From the human T2T-CHM13v2.0 reference genome, Homo sapiens: a stretch of 64,000 nt of DNA. Location: the NCBI RefSeq assembly GCF_009914755.1, contig NC_060944.1; one strand, given 5' to 3'. The notes under the pieces were generated by a model, which was not told the DNA's origin, ran no database searches, and saw only the letters and a program-made list of their open reading frames with translations. Within the stretch, counting starts at the first letter, position 1, and every line of letters starts with the position of its first letter. This document shows, one piece after another, positions 15,967 through 30,485 of this stretch. The translations under genes and the position numbers were made by a program.

Positions 15967-16485
15967 CCCCTCTCTCTCTCTCTCCCTCCCTCCCTCTATC
16001 TCTGTCTCTCCCCCATCTCTCTCTCCCTCCGTCTCTCTTTCCCTCTCTCTCCTCCCTCTCTCTTCCCCCCTCTCTGCTCCATCTCCCTCCCTTCCTCCAT
16101 CTCTCTCTCTCCCCCCTTACCCCTCCCTTTTCCTCCCTCTCTCTCTCTCTCTTCCTCTTCTCTCTCTCTCTTCCTCCCTCTTTCGTCCGCTCTCCTCCCT
16201 CCCCAAATATATATATATATATATCTCCCTCTCCCCAGCTCTCCCTCCCTCTCTCCCCCTCCCTCTCTTTCTCTCCTCCTTTTTCTCCTCTTTCCTCTCT
16301 TTCTCTCCCTCCCTCTGTGTCTCTCTTTCCTTCTCTCTCTGCCATCTCCTTCTCCATCTCTGTCTCTCCCTCCTCCTCCCCCTCCCCCATCCCTCTCTCT
16401 CTTTCCCTCCCTCTCTGTCTCTCTCTCTTTCTCTCTCTCCCATTTCCTTCTCCATCTCTGCCTCTCCCTCCCCCTACCCCTCCCT
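15967..16485. repeat. ~520 bp polypyrimidine/polypurine (CT-rich) tract with an internal (AT)9
   Basis: Almost purely C/T on the + strand; (AT)9 at 16207-16224. Confidence 0.97.
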
Positions 16486-17764
16486 AGCTCTGGCATTCAG
16501 GGATTCGTATTTCCTTTCTGATGCTGGCAACCAGAGGCTGCTGCGCAGTTTCTCTTCTCAGACACCCTGCGGTGGCTGACTAGTCAGAAGGACAGTGGAA
16601 GAGGGGATTCGAAGCTGCATTTGCAGAGTAAGCACAGTTTCTAATCAGATCAATGAAAATAACAAAGTTTTCCAATGATGCTCTCACTCACTGGTTGCAT
16701 AATCCTTTGTTAATGTTTATGTATTATTGTCATTTCTTTGGGGTGGCCTGGGGATAGGCAGACAGAAACAACAGGGAGAGGTCTAAGACCCTCGTCCCCA
16801 GCCACTCCTTGGTAGGGTCACTCAAGGTTCTGTCTTACTCTGCTTTATCTCCTAGCTAGACAGGGGGAGATGGGGGTCTGCGTGTCTTTTGTCTCTGGGT
16901 CCTCGGTGTTCTGCCCCTGTGCCCCTCCACAAATGTCTGCTCAATGAATGAAGGCCGTGAGGTGGAAAATCACCAGGGCTTGGACAAAAGAGAGATTTGC
17001 AAATTTGACATACACACTAACAAAACGCATCCCCTGTCCCCTCCCAACTGCCTCAACACACTGGAAATGATCTGTGGGGACCCTGTAAAATCTCCCCACA
17101 GTGAATACCATGCTCACTCACTGCCTCATCAAACATTTATCACACGGTTCTTCTGCCTCACACTGCCATGGGGGAACAATGAGGTAAATATGCCGTTCTT
17201 ACCCCTGAGAAGCGTGGAATCTAATTATCTTCTAGAGATGCTTTGGGGATCTGCTTACTAAATCAATACGAATGATTCGTAATTAGAATATCAATTATTT
17301 GTATGCAAATGTGGTCTTCTGGGTGATTGGGGACAAGTCCTAAGGAGCAAAAAAACTTCCCCCACCGTGCCCCCTCAAATTCTTAATTGCATTATTTCAT
17401 TCATTCATCAAACATGTATTGAGCACCTTTTATATGCCAGGCACAGAGATTGGGACCAAGAATCCATCCCCTGGTTGCTCACAGTCAGGAATGAAGAATC
17501 AAGGTGTTCGGGGCCTTGGGAGAGAGCTTGCTTCTTGCGGGCAAGGGGAGAAAGCATGAACCTTCTTCCATCCATCCTGACTGACAGCCACCTAGTTTAC
17601 TGAGACCTTCAGCTGAGGAGCCAGCCCTGCCGGAGTCCTCCTGCCCAAGTCTGGAGGAGCCTCCCTTAACGTGGGCAAGGGTTAGCAATATGATTGCACC
17701 CCTTTTTGTAAAGCTATGGGGGTGCCTGGTTCTATGACTACCCCATCCCCCATCCAGGTTCTGA

Positions 17765-18127
<363 letters not shown>

Positions 18128-18697
18128 TAACAAATCCTGTGTGCCAGCTTGTCCTGAAACTTCAACCCTTGGTGACCCTGAATCTTCATTCATTCATTCA
18201 TTCATTCATTCATTTCTTCATTTGTTCACACACTCTTCCATTTGTTGAGACTTTGTTATGCTCCAAACCCTTGCCAGGTGCTAGAGGGTAGAGTGTTCAG
18301 CAGAGATGGATCAGTCATGGAGCTGGCTCTCTAGTTGGGAGACAGATAGTAAAAAAAATTCACAAATAAGCCCATGCCCCCGACTCTCTCACCATGGCCC
18401 CCACTTCTGAGCAACGTTCCCTCATCTGCCCCATGGTCTATTTCATGCAGGTCCTCCATCTCCAGCTTCTCACTGCTCTGGGGCAAGTTACTAAACCTCT
18501 TGGTGCCTCAGTGTCCTCATTTGTACACCAAAGAACATCATAATATTACTACCTCTCTGTTGTGAGAATGTATGAGGAATACACACGCAGCTCTTAGAAC
18601 AGTGCCTGGCATGGAGCACTTGACCAATGGTAGCTGCAGTTGTTGTTATTATTAGTGCATTCTCTGCAAAAAATAAAAATAAAAAATAAAAATAAAA

Positions 18698-18865
18698 GCC
18701 AGGTGTGGTGACACACACCATAGTCTCTTGGGAGGCTGATGTGGGAGGACTGCTTGAGCCTGGGAGCAATCAACACTGCAGTGAGCTATGATGGTACCAC
18801 TGCATTCCAGCCTGGATGAGAGAGCAAGATTCTGTCTCAAAGAAAGAAAGAAAGAAAGAAAGAAA
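18698..18865 (+). mobile_element. Alu right-arm fragment with (AAAG)n tail
   Basis: Right monomer only. Confidence 0.8.
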
Positions 18866-18871
18866 CCACTA

Positions 18872-19137
18872 AAGATGCTACACTGCTGGATTTGAAGATG
18901 GGGGAAGTGGCCATGAGCCAAGGACTGTGTGTGACCTCTGGAAGCTGGAAAAGGCAAGGAATGGGTTTTTCCTAGAGCCTCCAGACAGAACACAGCCCTA
19001 CCATCACCTTAATCTTAGCCTTATGGGACCCAGTTTCGGATATCCGACCTCCAGAACTGTAAGATCATAAATATGTGTTGTTTTCACCCACTTCGTTTGT
19101 GGTCATTTTTTACAGCAACCATAGGAAACTAAAACAC
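18872..19137 (+). mobile_element. MLT1 (MaLR) LTR 3' part
   Basis: gaagctggaaaaggcaagga...cctagagcctcca...acagcaaccataggaaactaaaaca. Confidence 0.85.
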
Positions 19138-19879
19138 ATGCCAATAAGGTGCTGGACCCAGAACAGGAGAACAGCAGCTCAGTCCATGTGAGTGATTGTT
19201 GTTCCCCTTGCCTTTCCCCGCGCAAGCCCCCGCAGCCCCAACCTTTGCAGCTGTTGTTCCTCAGCTGGGAGAACCCTTCCTTTTTTTTCTGTCTGGCAAG
19301 ATCTTTCTTACGATTTTTTTTTTCCAAAACTGTTCTGTAACATCCTCTGAGGTTCTAAGTTTTCTCTCAGTCTCTAGAGTAAAGTTAATTGTCTCTTCAT
19401 AGCTTTCTTCTCATCCATTTTCGTGTTTATCACGGATTGTGATGATTTTGTTTTTCTTTAACATCCCCCCGCCAGACAGTGAGGCTAAATGCGTCCAGTG
19501 CTGGAGGCTCACACAGTAGATGCTGAGGAAATGCAAAAAATAAATAACAAATTAAATACATAAATACTATAAGTAAATAAATAAATTCCATTAAAATCTG
19601 ATTGCCAATTTTATTAAAAACCTGGATGAATGAATGCATTAAAGAAAAAAAGTGAGTGATGGGTAAGTGACTGAGGCCATGAAGGATGGGGGGACTTGGA
19701 CAGCCAGAGGTGGCTGTGTTTCCAAAGGAGGAAAAGGGATGAAGAGGATGACAACAAAGTCACTCATTTCCTTAACACGGTTCAGCATTGTGTGTTCTGG
19801 TTGATCAGAGGGTCTGAGTGCCTGAGAGTTTGCCCCCTACAGAAGGAGGTTGGAAATTCAATTTTAAAAATGTTACACA

Positions 19880-21090
19880 AGTTTAATTTTAGAATAGTAT
19901 TTTTTTTGTTGTTTATTTAGAGTATGTTTGGAGTTACAGAAAAGTTGCAAGGATAATAAAGAGACTTTCCATATACACGACACCCAATTTCCCCATTCTT
20001 AACATACATTACTGTGGTACATTTGTCAAGACTAATGAACCGTTGTTAATATGATGAATACATTATTGTTAACTCCATATTTTATGCAGATTTTCTTGCT
20101 TTTCCTCTAATGTCCTTTCTTTGCTTCTGGATACCACTTTACCTTTACTTGTCATGCCTCCTTGGGCTCCTCTGAGCTGTGACACCTTCTGACACTTCCC
20201 TTGTTTTTTATGACCTTGCCCTTGAGAAGTACTAGCCAGTGTTTTATAGAATGTCCTTCAGTTTAAGATTTTCTGATGTTTTTCTTATGACTTGACTGGG
20301 GTGGGCTTTGGGGGTGAAGACCGCAAAGGTGAAATGCATTCATATCACATCATATCAAGAGTACCTCCTATCAGCAGGACTTATCAGTAACGATGTTGAC
20401 CTTGATCACCTGGCTTACCAATGGCTTCCCAGAGTCCCACTGTTAAAGTTGCTTTTCCCCCGACTTTCCATCCTGTAGTCTTTGGAAGAAAGCCGCTAAG
20501 TACAGCCCACGGTTAAGGGGTGGAAGTTATGTTCCACGTCCTGGAGGGAGGAGTATCTCTAACATCAATTATTTACAATTTTTCTGTATGGGAGATGTGT
20601 CACTTCTACTGTATTTATTATTCAATCATTTATTTGTCATTATAGACTCAAGGATATTTATTTTCTACTTTGATTTGTTTATTTATTTATTTTTGTAGAG
20701 ACAAAGTCTTGTTATGTTGCCCAGGCTGGTTTTGAACTTCTGGGCTCAAGCGATCCTCCCGCCTTGACCTCTCAAAGTGTTGAGATTACAGGTGTGAGCC
20801 ACTGTACTCGGACTATTTTCTACTTTGGGTTATAATCCAATACTATCTTATTTATTTTATTATTCAAATTGTCACAGCTTCAGCCATTGGGAGCTCTTCC
20901 AGTTGGTGTCCCTTTGACATGTTATCATTATTTTATCTTTTGAGCACTTCCTCACTTTCTACCTATACAAGAGGTTCCAAGTTCACCTCAAATATTCCCT
21001 ACCCCAGGCCAAGAATCATCCATATTTCCAAAAAGTCCTGGTTTCCATTTCTGGGGAAATGGTATGAGAAACTAACATCTGGGTCATGGG
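19880..21090 (-). mobile_element. L1MC/MD-type 3' fragment containing an Alu monomer (20673-20813)
   Basis: Antisense L1M 3'UTR motifs. The monomer is flanked by TSD TATTTTCTACTTTG (20659, 20814). Confidence 0.7.
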
Positions 21091-22175
21091 TGCAACGAAG
21101 TGTTTTTAACATGAAAACTTTACTCCGGCGACTTCTGTTTCTGGCAATATGGAGGATTAGACATGCTGAGTGACCCTTCCCATCAAAACAACTCACATGC
21201 TGGATAAAATATTGCCAATGCATTGATGAGCCAGCACAAGGAGTGTTCTGAAGCCAAACAGTGAAGGGAAGATTAAGCCCTTAGGGATAAGCTGAGTCCC
21301 GAAGCTGGGTTTTTTTTTTGGTTTGTTTTTTGTTTTTTGTCCTGGGGAACTGTGGAAGCCTGTGAACAAGTGATTTAATTTTCTCAGTACTTTAGGTTTT
21401 ATAGGACAAAAGACAAAGCTCAGGGCCCACCCAAGTTGGGAAGTCTAGCAGGATCCTTCAGTGTACAATAAGCCCAAAACACTGCCCCCAGCCCCAGAGG
21501 AAAAGTGTCAGGTGGAGGCACTCAATGAGGGGAAATGGCCAATTATTCTAAGAATCAGGAGCACAGGGTAGGCTTCCCAAAGGTTTGCAGCCCAAATTCA
21601 CACTACCTGGGTGGTCTGAAAATCTTAAACTGAGACCTGAAAGCTACCCTGGTCAGTGCCCACCCTCCACTTCTACCTGGAATAAGACAAGGCAAAGGCA
21701 AATTCTTTCTGGAGGAGCCACCTTCAGCCCAGGTGTGGCTGATTGTATATTCTGCAGACGGCTGGAACAATATTTCCTACACGATGTGCTCTCCTAGAAA
21801 CTTGCCATGTCCCACCAGGAGGTAGAGTTTCCATCCCCACCCTTTCAAACTGTACAGGTCTCTTGACTGCCTCAAAGGATAAAATGCAGTGAGCAAGTGA
21901 TCCCACATGACTTCTGAGGCTAGGTTAGAAAAGGTGATACGCCTCCATCTGGGACTCTCTCTCTTTCTCTTTCTCTCTCTGACACTAGCTTGCAAGCCCT
22001 GAGCTGCTATGTAAAAAGTCCCGTTACCTGAAGCCTTGATCTGGAGAGACAGCTCAGGGACAAAACATATAAGTCATAGAGAAATGACCACAGAGTCCCA
22101 GGTGTTCCCATTGGCTGAACTCTTCCAGCCAGGGGCCAGACCTGTGAGCATGCAAGCCTTCCAATGATTCCAGAC

Positions 22176-23201
22176 TGGATAATGAAGAATTTGGCCTTAC
22201 CCAGACAGATCTGGCCTTTGTCATGGTGTTTGGGAAGTAATCTCTGGGTCCTCAGAATGTTTTAACTGATAGGAGTGTTCACCTGGTAGCTTGTGTCATA
22301 CTGGATAGTCATAACAAGGTGATCGGGGGTGGAGGCTGGCCAGATAGCAAGGGGTTGGCTACCAAAGACCAACAGTGTGGCTCAGGGTGGGGACTTGGGA
22401 TCATGTGATATCAGTTGACCTGGAGACTGAAATCAGTCATGTGGGCAATCAATCAATCATACCTGCATAATAGAGCTTCAGTAAAAACTATGGACACTGA
22501 AGCTCAGGCAAGCTTCTATGGTAATACTCCATGCACTTTGTTACACACTAAGAGTCACACATCCTGTATTAGTTTGTTCTCACACTGCTAATAAAGACAT
22601 ACCCGAGACAGGGTAATTGTAAAGGAAAGAGGTTTAGTGGACACACAGTTCTACATGGCTGGGGAGGTCTCACAGTCATGGCAGAAGATGAAGGAAGAAC
22701 AAAGGGATGTCTTACATGGCAGCAGGCAAGAGAATTTGTGCAGGCAAACTTCCCTTTGTAAAACCATAAGATCTCGTGAGACTTACTCACTATCACGAGA
22801 ACAGGAAGGGAAAAACCTGCCCCCGTGATTCAGTTACCTCTCACCGGGTCCCTCCTACGACACTTGGGGATTATCACAATTCATGGTGAGATTTGGGTGG
22901 GGACACAGAGCCAAACCATATCATACCCTGACTCCATGGGGGAGGGCGACAGAAGCTCCACATTTGGAGCCCTCTGCCCTATGCTCATCTTCCCTTGGCT
23001 GATTTGATCTGTATACATTCCCTATAAATAAACCATAACCATGAGTACACTTGCTTTCAGTGAGTTCTGAGGGTTCTTCCAGTGAATTATCAAACTGGAG
23101 AGTGGTTTGGAGACACCAACAAACTTGTAGTTTGGTGTCAGAGGGAGGGTGATTTAGGAACTATGTCCTTTAACTTTGTAGTTGGCCCTAAACTCCCTGC
23201 A
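22176..23201 (+). mobile_element. MER21-type LTR split by THE1
   Basis: MER21-like motifs (tctggcctttg...caatcaatcaatcat...gaagctcagg); CAGAC direct repeat at the flanks. Confidence 0.75.
22565..22923 (-). mobile_element. THE1 solo LTR
   Basis: 359 bp, TGTATTAG...CCAAACCATATCA, the reverse complement of the THE1 LTR termini. Confidence 0.92.
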
Positions 23202-24373
23202 CAGACCCAGCTGCTATTTTACGAAAGCCACATGAGAGGCTCTGCGTGTGAACCACCCAGCAGAGCCCAGTCAACCCCCACAAGTGTGAGTGAGAATAAT
23301 TAAATGGTTGTTGATATTTGGGCCGCTAAGTTTTGGAGGTAATTGAAATGCTCGGCCTCCAGGGATTCTCACAGATAAGGTCAAAGACAATAAAACACAC
23401 AAGGAAACAGGCTGCACTGAGCCAAAGCCCCCAGAAACAATAAAAGTAGAACTGCACACATGTCAGGCACTGAACAGACTGTAAAAATAAGTATGTCTAC
23501 TATGTTTAAAGAAATAAAAAAGGGATTGGTAGCTATGAAGCTGTTGTCTCTCAGCTCCAAATTAACCCTCTACACCCTGCTCTGACATACTGGGGCTGAG
23601 TCTCTGGACATGTCATTTCTCCTCAGTCAGCGGGTTTTCTCTCAGGCTCCACTGGGAGAGGCACTCAAGGAAGACCTGAAATCGGAAGAGGGGAGAAGGG
23701 ACCAGTCTTTCTTGTCCTGTTCCTGTTCTTGACAGTGTTGCTTCAGCAGTGACCTTTCATCCGAAAGCAGTAGTTGTTCAGTCTCCACGTGGTTTTGGCA
23801 CTCCCAGAAGCAGCCTCATTGTATCCCCTCAGAGGCCCCAGCCCTGGCCAGCCAGTGATACCTCCTCAGGAGTCCGTGGCCACCTCCATGAAGCCCTCCC
23901 ACTGAGCTCCTGGGTTCCCATAACCCCAGCATCTTCCCTATGTTCTCTTAACCCTAGGAATGGTAGTTTCTTCCTGCCGTTACTACCCTTGTGATACCTC
24001 AGTGTCTTCTTCTTTTGGCTTTGACAGTTCACCATTACCTGTTTAACCAGTTCTTTATACTAAATTATCTTTGTTAAAACAGCTGGTGCAATTTCTGCTT
24101 TCCTGGCTGGACCTTGACTAACAGAGCACTTGGTACCAAGAGTGGTCCCAGGAAACAGACTCTCAAAGAAGGGATTCTGGGATTGGATTGGCCACATCCT
24201 CATGCTTGACTGCAGTGCCTGTGAAATATGGAATACAAGCACAGGTGTGCTGAATACCAGCTGGTGAGAGCCAGTCACACACACCTCTTTTCAACTCTGT
24301 TCAGTGACATCCCATTGGCAGCCTAAAATCAGTCATGGTGGGAGTGTTTATACCATAGAAATCTGCAAAACCT

Positions 24374-24588
24374 GGCTGGGCATGGTGGCTCACAGCTGTA
24401 ATCCCAGCATGCTGGGAGGCTGAGTCAGGAGGATCACTTGAGGCCAGAAGTTTGAGGTTATGATGAGCTATGATCATACCACTGCACTCTGTCCTGGGTG
24501 ACAGAGTGTGACCCTGTCTCAAAAAAAAAAAAAAAAAAAAAATCAACCAACCAACCAAACAAAAAAACAAAGAAAAGGAAATAAAAGG
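24374..24588 (+). mobile_element. Alu monomer (FAM/FRAM-like)
   Basis: Single-arm Alu with A tail; TSD AATCTGCAAAA. Confidence 0.8.
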
Positions 24589-24902
24589 AATCTGCAAAAA
24601 CTACAGATATTATTTCCCCCCAAGAGAGCCAGTTTATTACACACCAGTGATTACAAGTAATCAATGGCTCATACTGACATCACTACTAATATCATTTGAT
24701 TGTGACAATGTTCCCACTGAAGTAAGGGCATGGAGAGCCATGGGACTGCCACACTTACATGGTAGTGATGACTTCAGGACCATGGGGTGAGATAGCTATT
24801 TCTGAGTTCACTGGAGCTATTATGGAAAGTAAAGGACACGCTCCAATCTTTAAACTCTCAGCTTAACTCACAGAGAACCAGAGAGATTCTACAGAGCCCT
24901 AA

Positions 24903-25230
<328 letters not shown>

Positions 25231-25512
25231 TAGCTGTAGATTTTTGACCTTGCTGAAAATTATACTCAAACTTTAATTGGGTGGGCTGCAGGATTACAAC
25301 ATAAATGGAATTCACACATTTAGCAGAATCTCAAGCAGTGTGTTTGGCTGTGTACTTTGTGTGGCTGAGAAATGACCAAGAGCACAGAGGTGCATGGGCC
25401 CCTGGGTAATGGATGATCAGGGACGGAGAGAGCAGATGTGGATGTGTGGTGAGGAGGTCTGGGAGGAGGTACTAGATACCTCTCAGGATGGGTGTGAAGA
25501 CACTGGTGTCTC

Positions 25513-25837
<325 letters not shown>

Positions 25838-26125
25838 TCAAAGACATCTACTGCAGCAGCAACTCTATTAATTGAGTGGACAAGAGGGCACATTCTGCAG
25901 ACAACAGTCAGTCTTTCCCACAGCTGTGCCATTGCGTGCTCAATGAGCTTATTTATGCAGTGGCCATGGTGGCAGGTGTGGAGGCTCTGTATGGGCTTAG
26001 GAACATGGGCTTCCCCTTACCAAAGTGACCCGGCAGAAGAGACCAACACTAAAGCTTTGTTATGGCACCATTCCCTGGGGGAGGGCAGAGGAGCTGGGAA
26101 CCAGTGTTAAAAAACCTATAAATGT

Positions 26126-26435
26126 GGCCAGGCACAGTGGCTCATGCCATTAATCTCAGCACTTTGGGAGGCTGAGACGAGCGGATTGCATAAACTCAGG
26201 AGCTCGAGACCAGCCTGGGTAATGTGGTGAAATCCCATCTCTACAAAACTTTCAAACATTAGCCGGGTGTGGTGGTGCCTACCTGTAGTTTCAGCTACTC
26301 GGGAGGCTGAGGTGGGAGGATGGCTTGAGCCCATGAGGTAGAGGCTGCAGTGAGCCAACATTACACCACTAAACTCCAGCCTGGGCAACAGAGGGAGACC
26401 TTGTCTCAAATAATAATTAAAAAAAAAGAAAAAAC
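26126..26435 (+). mobile_element. AluJ
   Basis: Full Alu; TSD AACCTATAA. Confidence 0.9.
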
Positions 26436-26947
26436 ACAACCTATAACTACTTGGATATGTAAAAGAACAAAATAGAACTTATAGGCTTAAAAAAAAATAA
26501 ACAAAATGAAGAACTCCTGAAACAGGTTTATCAATAGCCTAAGAGATAATTAGTGACTAGAAGAAAGATCTGAAGAACTATCCAGAACGTGGAACATAAA
26601 GAGGACAGATTAAGATGTGATAGAGAGGTTAATAGACATGGAGAAGGGCACAAGACTTTTCTCTTTTTCTTTCACAATCCACAGTAATAAATGTATTTTA
26701 GTTGTGACTCACTCCATAGATATGTGTATATTAATAAATACAACTGAAACAAAAGATTCATGAAATAATACAATACACTCCAATATATTATATTCTCGTT
26801 CTTTCTCAACACTGGTAACAATCTACTACATTGATTTTATAAGCCACTGTTGGAAAACAACCTACAGTTTGAAAAATATTAGTTGAATAACTACTAATCA
26901 CACTACAAGATGTAAAGAGTGAGAGAACGAGGTTGAGATAACATTTA

Positions 26948-27261
26948 TTTTTATTTCTTCTTTTTTTGAGACAGGATCTCACTCTGTTACCCCAGGCTGG
27001 AGTGCAATGGTATAATGGTTCACTGCAGCCTCCACCTCCTGGGCTCAAGTCCTCCCACCTCAGCCTCCTGAGTAACTGGGATTACAGGCATGCACCACCA
27101 TGCGTGGCTAATTTTTTTTTTTTTTTTTTTTTTGTATTTTTTGTGGAGATGGGGTTTTACCATGTTGCCCAAGCTGGTCTTGAACTCCTGGATTCAAGCA
27201 GTCTGCCCGCCTTGACCTCCTAAATTGCTGAGACTACAGGCATGAACCACTGTGTCCATCC
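26948..27261 (-). mobile_element. AluJ
   Basis: TSD AGATAACATTTA. Confidence 0.9.
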
Positions 27262-27269
27262 AAGATAAC

Positions 27270-27655
27270 ATTTAACAGAGATATTGTCACGTATGATACA
27301 ACACGGATGAACTTTGGGGACTTTATGCTGGGCAAAATAAGCCAGTCACAAAACGACAAGTATTGTATGGTTCTGCTTACAAAAAGTACCTAGACTAGTC
27401 AAATTCACAGAGGCAGGATGTGGAATGATGGTTGCCAGGGGCTTAGGAGAGGGAGCATGGGGAATGATTGCTTAAGGGGTACAGAGTTCTAGTTTTGCAA
27501 GATGAAGGGAGCTCTAGAGATGGATGATGGTGAGGTCGCACCACAACAGGAATCTTGTTAATACCACTGGATACTTAAAAATGATAGAGAGTAAATTTTA
27601 TGTGATGTGTATCTTACCACAATAAAAAAGTAAAATTAAATTGAAAAAAAAAAAA
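27270..27655 (+). mobile_element. L1MB-type 3' end
   Basis: ...aaataagccagtcacaaaa...ggttgccagggg...tttgcaagatgaa... plus A tail. Confidence 0.8.
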
Positions 27656-27755
27656 GTATTGTCTGAGAGTTTTCAAGAATAATGAAAGACACCAATCATC
27701 AAATTCAGAAAGCCCAAAGAACTCAAGGCAGGATAAATAAAAAGATAACAGCATG

Positions 27756-28055
27756 AGCTGGGCATGGTGGCTCACGCCTGTAATCCCAACTTTTTGGGAG
27801 GTCGAGGTGGGTGGATTACCTGAGGTCAGGAGTTTGAGACCATCTGGCCAACATGGCAAAACTCTGTCTCTACTGAAAACACAAAAATTAGCTGGGCATG
27901 GTGGTGCGTGCCTGTAATCCCAGCGACTCAGGAGGCTGAGGCAGGAGAATCGCTTGAACATGGGAGGCGGAGGTTGCAGTGAGCTGAGATGGCGTCACTG
28001 CACTCCAGACTGGGGGACAGAGCGAGACTCCGTCTCAAAAAAAAAAAAAAAAAAA
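27756..28055 (+). mobile_element. AluS
   Basis: Full Alu; near-perfect TSD AAGATA(A)CAGCATG. Confidence 0.94.
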
Positions 28056-28258
28056 GATACAGCATGGTAAAACTGTAGAACATGAGAAGAGGGAGAAAAG
28101 ACCAACAACCTATGAAGGAACGATGTTAAGATTGTCACTGGACTCCTGAGGAGCAATGAGGGGGAACAGGCAAACAGTGGATGGCAATCAAGTGTGCTGA
28201 GAGAGGACAGCTGTCATTCAAGCAAGCAAGCCAAAATATCTGTCAAGAACAAGGGCAA

Positions 28259-28626
<368 letters not shown>

Positions 28627-30152
28627 CTACAAAAAAATAAAATTTAAAGGATTTACCTCAGGCAAAAGGAGAGTGATCCTGTTGGTGAAAGCTGAGATGC
28701 AAGAAGAAAAGGTGGATAAAAATGGTAATTGTGTGGCTGAATCTAAACTAATGTTGACTGAATAAAACAATTTAGTAATGTCTCTTGGGGTTACAGTGGC
28801 AAAGGTTAAACTTAACATACACTACATTAAGGTGTATAATTTAGAGGATGGGTGATTAAAGTACTCCAAAGTCTTTATATTTTAAGGAAACAGGGTAAAG
28901 ACATTTTTACAAATATTTAAAGATATTGGACTTTCACAAGGTAAGTATGCATGCCCAAAAGTTTGAAGTAACCACTAAAACTTAGAAATAGAGTATACAG
29001 GTGAAGAAAATCAGAATGAGAATAAAAATAAACCCTAAAGAAGAAAGGAAAGGGGAAAAAAACCAGGCAGGACAAATAGAAATAACAAAATACAATGGTA
29101 GAAATAATTCCAGATATATCAGTAAATATAATAAATGTAAATGGACTAAATGCTCCAGTTAAAATACAAAGACTATTCTTTTAAAAAACCTTTTTATCAT
29201 GAAAAATTTCAAGTATACAGCAAAGTGGGAGAAACAGTACAAGAAAACCATATACCTGCGATGTAGAGTCAGCCATTGCTAGCAATTTGCCACATTTGTC
29301 TCACCTATATGGGTATGTATAGGAGACTATTAAGAACACCTATTTAACTTCCATAGTAAACATAATATAATGAAATACAATTTAAACGGTAATCATGATG
29401 TAGAGTATCCACTTTTGAGGTCAAGCAGATCTGGATTCTCCAGCAATTTTTAATTATTTAACTTACGTGTGTGGTTATTTATTCAAAAGATGTCTCTTCA
29501 CTAGGCTATAGTAAAAGGATTGGAATCAGGTTCGCTTTTCTGATCATTGTATTTCTAAATATTTGTTGCATAAACAAATAGAATTTACTAGTAAAGAATT
29601 CAGCACAGTGCCAGTTGCATAGTAAACATTTAACGTAGAGTAGCTTGTATTTATTGTAGTTGCTGTTGTTATTGGAAGCATTCAGTAGAGTGATACAAAA
29701 TAAATAAGCAATAATTGGTAGTTTATTATATTTATAATTATTATTTACAAGACGTCACAGTGCCTAGCCCATATCACTCACCCATAAACATTATACTTAT
29801 ACTAAGTACTTTCACTATTATTCAAAGTCTCTAACAGTGCCTGGCACTACATAAGCAAGAGAAAAGTGGAAGTTTATTCTAATTGTTATTATTGAATAAA
29901 GCACTTAACACGAAGCTGGCCCCCAGCGGGCCCTTAATAGTTTCCGCGGTGGCTGTCGTAGCTGGACTACAGACCCCGCCTCCTGAGCGGCCCGAAGCCC
30001 CGCCCCTTGCTGCCCCGCAGTCCCGCCCCCGTGGCTTGTGCCGCGCCTGCGCACTGTCCCGGAAGGGGCTCTACGCGCGCAGCTTTAGTCCCCGCCCCTG
30101 GAGCCGGCGGCGCAGGGCGCAGCTTCCCGCCGCCAGAGCGGGCCAGCCTGCT

Positions 30153-30202
30153 GCGTGCGTGCGTGTGTACGACTCTGCGTGCGTGCGTGCGTGCGTGCGT
30201 GC
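30153..30202 (+). repeat. (GCGT)3 plus (GCGT)6 tetranucleotide repeats near the VAPB TSS
   Basis: Read directly at 30153-30164 and 30177-30200. Confidence 0.95.
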
Positions 30203-30427
30203 CGTCAGCTCGCCGGGCACCGCGGCCTCGCCCTCGCCCTCCGCCCCTGCGCCTGCACCGCGTAGACCGACCCCCCCCCAGCGCGCCCACCCGGTAGAGG
30301 ACCCCCGCCCGTGCCCCGACCGGTCCCCGCCTTTTTGTAAAACTTAAAGCGGGCGCAGCATTAACGCTTCCCGCCCCGGTGACCTCTCAGGGGTCTCCCC
30401 GCCAAAGGTGCTCCGCCGCTAAGGAAC

Positions 30428-30485
30428 ATGGCGAAGGTGGAGCAGGTCCTGAGCCTCGAGCCGCAGCACGAGCTCAAATTCCGAG
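30428..30485 (+). CDS. VAPB: VAPB coding exon 1 (VAMP-associated protein B/C, start of MSP domain)
   Basis: Strong Kozak AACATGG; translates MAKVEQVLSLEPQHELKFR(G); donor GTAAG at 30486. Confidence 0.98.

Larger units (their letters stand above)
21734..23350 (+). mobile_element. MLT1 LTR split by a MER21 insertion
   Basis: MLT1-like 5' part 21734-22175; the 3' part resumes at ~23202. Confidence 0.7.

Noticed and set aside
15865-16579. Long overlapping ORFs (112-230 aa) on both strands
   Set aside because: Stop-free only because of the CT/GA low-complexity tract. Not an SVA hexamer either, since no Alu-like/VNTR sequence follows.
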